Shown: positions 58,274-64,000 of the stretch, piece after piece
Layout: the number at the start of each line of letters is the position of its first letter
Numbering within the stretch: position 1 is the first letter of the stretch
Assembly: GCF_000315625.1 (NCBI RefSeq)
Contig: NW_005434661.1
Coordinates: 532,617-596,616 of the forward strand
Reading direction: 5' to 3'
DNA length: 64,000 nucleotides
From: Guillardia theta CCMP2712
Taxonomy: Eukaryota > Protista > Cryptophyta
Program-made: the position numbers and the translations under genes
Notes under the pieces: model-generated
Told to the model about the DNA's origin: nothing
Database searches by the model: none
Seen by the model: the letters and a program-made list of their open reading frames with translations, nothing else

Positions 58274-60593
58274 ATGCCGATATCCTGGGAACAGGCTCAG
58301 GCCGAAAGCTACCTACAGGTTCTGTCTACTGATTGCATGAGGGATAGATGTAGTGAATTACACTCAGGGTGCCCATGGCTTCCCCAACCCTGGCATCAGC
58401 CATCATCCTATGTCCATGGTAATTGACTAATCTAAGGCATTCTTTCCTTTGACAGAATATCTAAAGATGATGCCCTCGCCGCATTTGCACGCCGGGATGG
58501 CTCACGGAATGCACATGGTTCCGATCTCAGTGCAGGTGAGGTGAAAGGAAAGGTAGAATGGCAATGACTGCCGTTGGTAGCAAACTATGATCCCTCCTAT
58601 TCCCTACGACGAGAACTTGGTCAACTCCATGGGAGGATCGGCCAGGTTTCCTCTTTCGGTGCATGGCCACACAATTCAAGTAAAAACACCATCGCCTGTT
58701 ATCGACTCTCCGGATCTCAAGTACTTGTTGTGTACAGCAACTCTCTTGAAGTGATCCGTCTTCAGGGAAGTGGCGAACAGCTGGGCGATCCGAGACGGCT
58801 TCAATCAGCAGCAGCTCTTTGAGTTCGACAAGCTGATGAACCTGGTGGTCTCGACATACATCGAGAAGGACAGGGTGGAGAGCTCGCGCGCTATCGATCA
58901 GGTGGGACCAAGAGGAGTTCAGAAAGAGCGAAAGACCCCTGCTCATTCCTTGCCAGGGCTCGTTTGCAAAAGTCTACAGCGCTACCTACGATGGCTGCCC
59001 TGTCGCTGTTAAGATTATCGCTACCCCCGGACAGGTGAAGCATGCCTGGATTCATACCTGGACTCATTTCCCTCTGCAGACTCACAATATCAAGGCTAAA
59101 ATGCGTGAATTGCTGCTGGAGCTAAGGTGAGCACCCCATGAGCAAGCCAGGCACGCTTCTGATGAAACCGGATTCTAGCATTTTGGTGCGTGTAAGACAC
59201 CCCAACGTCGTTACATTCTGGGGAACTACTGCTCACTTCCCCAGAGGCCATGGAGAAGCAGGTAGCTCTACATGGAGGCAGTGAAGAAGAACTGATTGAT
59301 GATGTCTCTTGAATTCTTTTCTCGGATCAGAACCTTTCATTTCGCTGGTACCTTTTCTATGCAATAACCACCCCAAGATTTAATGCTCGGCAGGTGTTCG
59401 AGCTTTGTGAGAAAGGTTCTTTGGAAAAGGTTCTCTTTGAGAGCCCGCAAAAACTCTCTGTCGAAAAGGTTCTGCTTTCCATTCTTATCATATGGAATTG
59501 ATGTCTATGTTGTTCAGAAAATGGACATCGCGCTTCAAGTTGCATATGGTCTTTCCTACCTGCATACATCCAGGGCACATGACAAGCGGTAGGGTTAATC
59601 GTTCTGGCAAATTGCATTTTGTTGAAGAGGACTCATTGGATGCAGGTCAATCATCCATCGTGATATCAACACTCGAAACATTCTCATCACCAACGATTGG
59701 GTGAGATGTAACCTTACAAGTAATGAGGACTCATCGCTTTTGCCAGACCGCCAAGATCTGTGATTTTGGATGCGCCAGAGTGGTATACGAGGGCAACCGA
59801 TTGACAACTACAACTATCTCCGGAAGTCCAGCGTAAGTCTGTGGCTGGAATCATTCAGGGCCCTGAGGTGGTGTAGGTATATGGCACCCGAACAACTTCT
59901 TGGCGAAGACCTCACAGAAGCTGGTAGTCAGCTGCTGCGCTCCTTGCAATCTAGCCTGACGTGCTGCAGTGGATGTTTGGGCGTATGCAACCGTCCTGTG
60001 GGAGATGATGAACGAGAGGAAGCCGTGGGGAGGCCCGTTGCACGGGTGAGCAATGCCTGGTGGTTGTTTCCCGTCGATCTGGTCTGACTCGTGCTTGCAG
60101 GGACATGGAAGGATTGAAAGAGGTGCTGTAGTTTGATTTGATGTTCATCAAACCGATGGAACTTACGACTTACCTTGATAGATGATAATCAAACGAAGGA
60201 AAACTCTCCCGATCCCGGTAACATCCTTGGTGAACAATGGTAGTCTGATCTGACGAGTTTCTACCAGCCCTCCCATCTCTTCCCAGAGAACTATGTTCGC
60301 GTGATTCAAGCTGGCTTGCAGATGCAGGCAAGCATATGTCTTCGTCTACCTTACGTTTGCTCTGACATTCCGCAAACAGCCAGCGGAAAGGCCAACTATG
60401 AATCAAGTGATCAATCTCCTTCAGACAGCGTTTGATCAGGTGCTTCATTTCTTGTCGCCGCTGTTAATCTGAAAGATGTTGCTTTCTCAGCTTCAGAGTG
60501 GAATCGGCAAAGTGGAGGTGAGAGCATTGTAACAAATGTTTTCCCAAATCACTGATGAAATCAGGACAGGACTCCATTGCGTTCTCGTACTAA
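58274..60593 (+). CDS. Tyrosine-kinase-like (TKL) protein kinase, many short introns
   Basis: QGSFAKVY...VAVK, RHPNVVTFWG, ELCEKGSL, IALQVAYGLSYLH, IIHRDINTRNILI, KICDFG, YMAPE and DVWAYATVLWEM. Confidence 0.92.
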
Positions 60594-61764
60594 CCTCGTC
60601 GCCTAACTCAACCTTATCGTCTCTTCAGAGATGACTGTAACACTAGATAACGCACAAGGCTGCTGTTGAGAAGCTTGCATCAACCTTAGCTTCAGTTGTC
60701 CTCTTCGACAGCATCTAGATAACACTGAGATATTTTTTTTGAAAGTGTGTACTTTATTTGCAGTAAAGACTTTCTTCTTGAGTTGTTGTTGACTCATCCC
60801 GGTCCAAAGAGTTTCCGAAGTCTTTCAGTGAGTCAATTCATTTCTTTTGTTGTTGTTGTTGTCGTCGTCGTCGTCGTCGTCGTAATGGTTTCTTTGTCGT
60901 CACGTTGGTTACTAGTGTTAGTCGGCAAAATCCTTCAGTTCTTCAGATCAGCGGCCGGCGAACTCCAGGAAAAGGTCTTGCGAAGCCATACAGGAAAAAA
61001 GAAGTCAAGGAGGAAGAAGAATTTGAAATTTCCCACTAAGATTTGAATCTTTATTTGGAACCCACCCCCGGCAAGTGATCAGATTTTATCGAAGCCTCCG
61101 GTCAGTGGCAGTTCAGTCCCAGATGCGTACTTTCACAAAATGTTCCATGTGAATTTTGAACATTACTTATTCAGTTCCAAATTATTTTGAAATTTTTAAA
61201 TGGTACCCCCACCACCTGATGGTATGTCACCCGCCATCTTGAAAGGTACCCCTACCCCTTACTGCACACCGAGATGTCGGTTATTCGACGGGGTCTGTGT
61301 CCCACAACTACCCCACCCTTCTCGAAGGTACCCTGCGCCTCACCCCTCGTAGATTGACTGGTCACAGCCATGGCGACGGAGAGCCTTGAGCGCAGAAGCA
61401 ACAATGTTGAGTCTGTGCAGGAGAAGCTTCATGCTGCCCTCCTCCTCTTTCCCTGCTTGACTGCTGACTTCTTCCTCTCCCTTGTCTTTCCCTCCCATCC
61501 TCCTTTCCTTCAGGATGGATGACTACTGCTTTTGACCTCAGTATCCTGTTTCTAACATCGAAATGCAATCCCCTGTCATGCCTTCCTTCATCGTCCCAAA
61601 TGATCAATGCAATGATGTAGTGCTCAGGGAAATATGTAATTTTTGAATATCTTGAAAGTTTTTACAAGGATAGCTGAAATTTTGTTTCATCGATGCTCAA
61701 ACACTCCTGACTTTTAATTGTGTTTTTGGATGCCAGGACATCAATCTGATCAACATTTCAGCGC

Positions 61765-64000
61765 ATGTCGTCGACGCATAATTTCACCTCAGGGCTGGGT
61801 TCCTATCCCAGCAACATGACCTCAGGATATGGAGCCGGAGCTATCCCAGTCAACCGTCCAGGCGAGAGATCCTCCACTGGCAGCATGTCCTTGCCTGGAC
61901 ATGCAGGATACATGTACAGGCCTCTGACAACCTCCTCCCTCCCCGCCGGAAACCACTTCATGCCTCCCGTAGGCACCTACACCGCCGGTTCACAGGGGGT
62001 GACGTATGCCGGGATGGGGTCGGCTGTGTCGACCCCTATGATGAACACAGGGTTTTCTCACCTCAGTTTGAGGGAAAACTCACAGTTTCCCACCCGATTC
62101 ATGCCAGGTGCGTGAGATGGATGTGAACAATCTGGTCTGCCAGCAATCAAGCTCGCTGACCGGTGGGCAGGGACAAGGGATATCCTCACTGAAGACGCTG
62201 TGCCAGACCCTGTGAAACACAGGGGCACTAGCTTGGGTGTGGAGGTGGCTGCTGAAATCTTTGATAAGTTTGATGCGGTCTCCTTTTGATATGTTGTGGT
62301 GCTCGCTGATGTAGAGTCGCTCCTTGGCAGGACATGAATGGAATCCTGCCCAACGACTTGCTCCTGAGCTGCGCAGAGGCTGTTTGGGACGCGCTGCACT
62401 ATGACGGGCCGAAGCTGACGGCCAAGCAGAAGGAGGTGCTCGCCATCAGGGCTCCTCTCTTCCTCCATCTGATCCTGCTCGCAGGACTTGAGAGCCAGCA
62501 AGAAGACAAACATCGATGACCCTGGAGCCGAATTCGTCACTTTCGGTGATCAGTAAAGCGAGCGTATCTTGCTCTCTGCTGAGACAGAAGCAGGGGAATT
62601 CCTGCTGTGGTACGAGGACTCGCTGGAGCGCCTCACTGGTCCTCCTACTGCTGAAGTTCCCAGGTACAATTCAAGAGATCGCTGTGGTGATGTGAGCTCT
62701 CCGGTCATCCAGACCCGTCTCGTCTGCGGGCATTCCCAATGCTTACTCTTCATCTTCTCAGTATCTAGGTTGGTGCTAGATTCGTGTTCCTTCTTCCCTC
62801 CTCTCCTCTCTCCGGCTGACGCTCCCCGCGTTTTCAGAGCAGGCCGCAGCTCTGGCAAGGCTAGAATCTCTGGAGAAGGTTTGCACTAGGGTCGGTTGAA
62901 GCTTGCTCATTGTGGGGCAGGCTAATAACATGTACACTCGTTCCTCCCTCCCCTCGTCTGCGATGTATGCTCCAGTCCCTCCAGCAGCTCTGCCGCAAGT
63001 ATCGATGCGATCATGATGGATCATGGAACAGGGGTCTGACTCAGTCTGCAGCATTCGGCAGCTGGATATGCAGCAGGCGGATCAGGTGAAAGTCGATGGG
63101 GAATGCAGGCGGGGAGTGAGAACTTCTCAGACAATCACGCACGAACCTTTCAAGCAGGAGGACTTGCGATCCCTGCAAACTACGTGAGCTCTTAGAAGCT
63201 CCCGCACGTTCTGTTGGCTCAGCTGACTTGCCCCGGACAGAAGGCGAGGGATGCAGCTCAGACGTCAAACTCCAATGAACAGGTAGGGGATCCAGGAAGA
63301 CGGCGCTGCCTGACCTGGCAAGCAGAACACTATCGCGGCTGATGTGAAAGATGCAACTCTGGGGTACGGGGAGCAGGAGAGGAGAAAGGAGGAGGCGAAC
63401 GTCAAGATGGACTCTCCTCCTAAGATGCCCGAACCCAAGCAAGAGCCCGTCATCAACAACACGGAGAGCCCAGCAGCTATCCCAGCAGATGTCTCGGCTG
63501 AATCTCCTTTCGGTATGGAGACAGCGCAGATCTACGCTTGCGATCACGGCTGCGGCTACTGCGGGACTTTCTCAGAGGTGAAGAAGTTGAAAGAGCTTTC
63601 GGACTTGACTCGCATCAGGTGGCGATACACGAAGAAACCTGTGTGAACCGTATCAGCACAAAGGTGACTGGCAAGAAAGAAGGGTCGAGGAGGAGTGGTG
63701 GGGGTGGTGGTGGGGGGGGGAGCAGAAGGAAGGTAGGGAGGAATTATGACCTCTTGGTGAAAATTCTTCTCAGCCGACGAAGCGGATCTCTATGAACGTG
63801 ATGGCGAACAAACGAGTAACTTGTTGTTCCTCTGTGCCCGCCGGGCTGACTGACTGCCGGGGCAGATGAGCACGTTGGATCCTCTCTTCGAGACTGACGA
63901 CAAGGAGGAGGAATGGACGGAGGACCCCATTGTCTCGTCCAAGGACAGTGTGAAGCCTCAAGGTCTCTCTGGCATTCCCTCCTTCCCTCCTCTCACCCCT
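61765..64000 (+). CDS. Hypothetical multi-exon protein, truncated by the window end, with a small C2HC-like motif
   Basis: Exon chain from MSSTHNFTSG; includes YACDHGCGYCGTFSE|VAIHEETC. Confidence 0.55.

Overview
This is eukaryotic nuclear DNA, not prokaryotic. It is gene-dense, has many short (~45-60 nt) spliceosomal introns and microsatellite-filled longer introns, and carries bipartite signal-plus-transit peptides with AxAF-type cleavage motifs. That fits an alga with a secondary red plastid, most likely a cryptophyte of the Hanusia/Guillardia type (inference). Recognisable genes, spliced by eye so ends are approximate: TMEM260-like O-mannosyltransferase, TVP38/TMEM64, a CAP C-terminal domain protein, a MORN-repeat protein, Asp/Asn beta-hydroxylase, a TPR protein, a SWEET transporter, REV3 (Pol zeta), a DipZ-like pseudo-thioredoxin, LSM8, plastid-targeted GNAT, SufE and NAD(P)-binding proteins, and a TKL kinase. 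The most unusual content is a pair of Crypton-type tyrosine-recombinase homologues with complementary defects. The first (18664-21137) is an intact ORF that has lost the catalytic residues and looks domesticated. The second (54831-57200) keeps R/HxxR/W/Y but lacks the core-binding domain, and sits next to a 3.1-kb block of three near-identical gene copies in alternating orientation. Also notable are an intron-split ubiquitin-tail motif (LRLRGG) after an N-terminal leader, a dispersed non-coding repeat, and two compositional classes of intergenic DNA.
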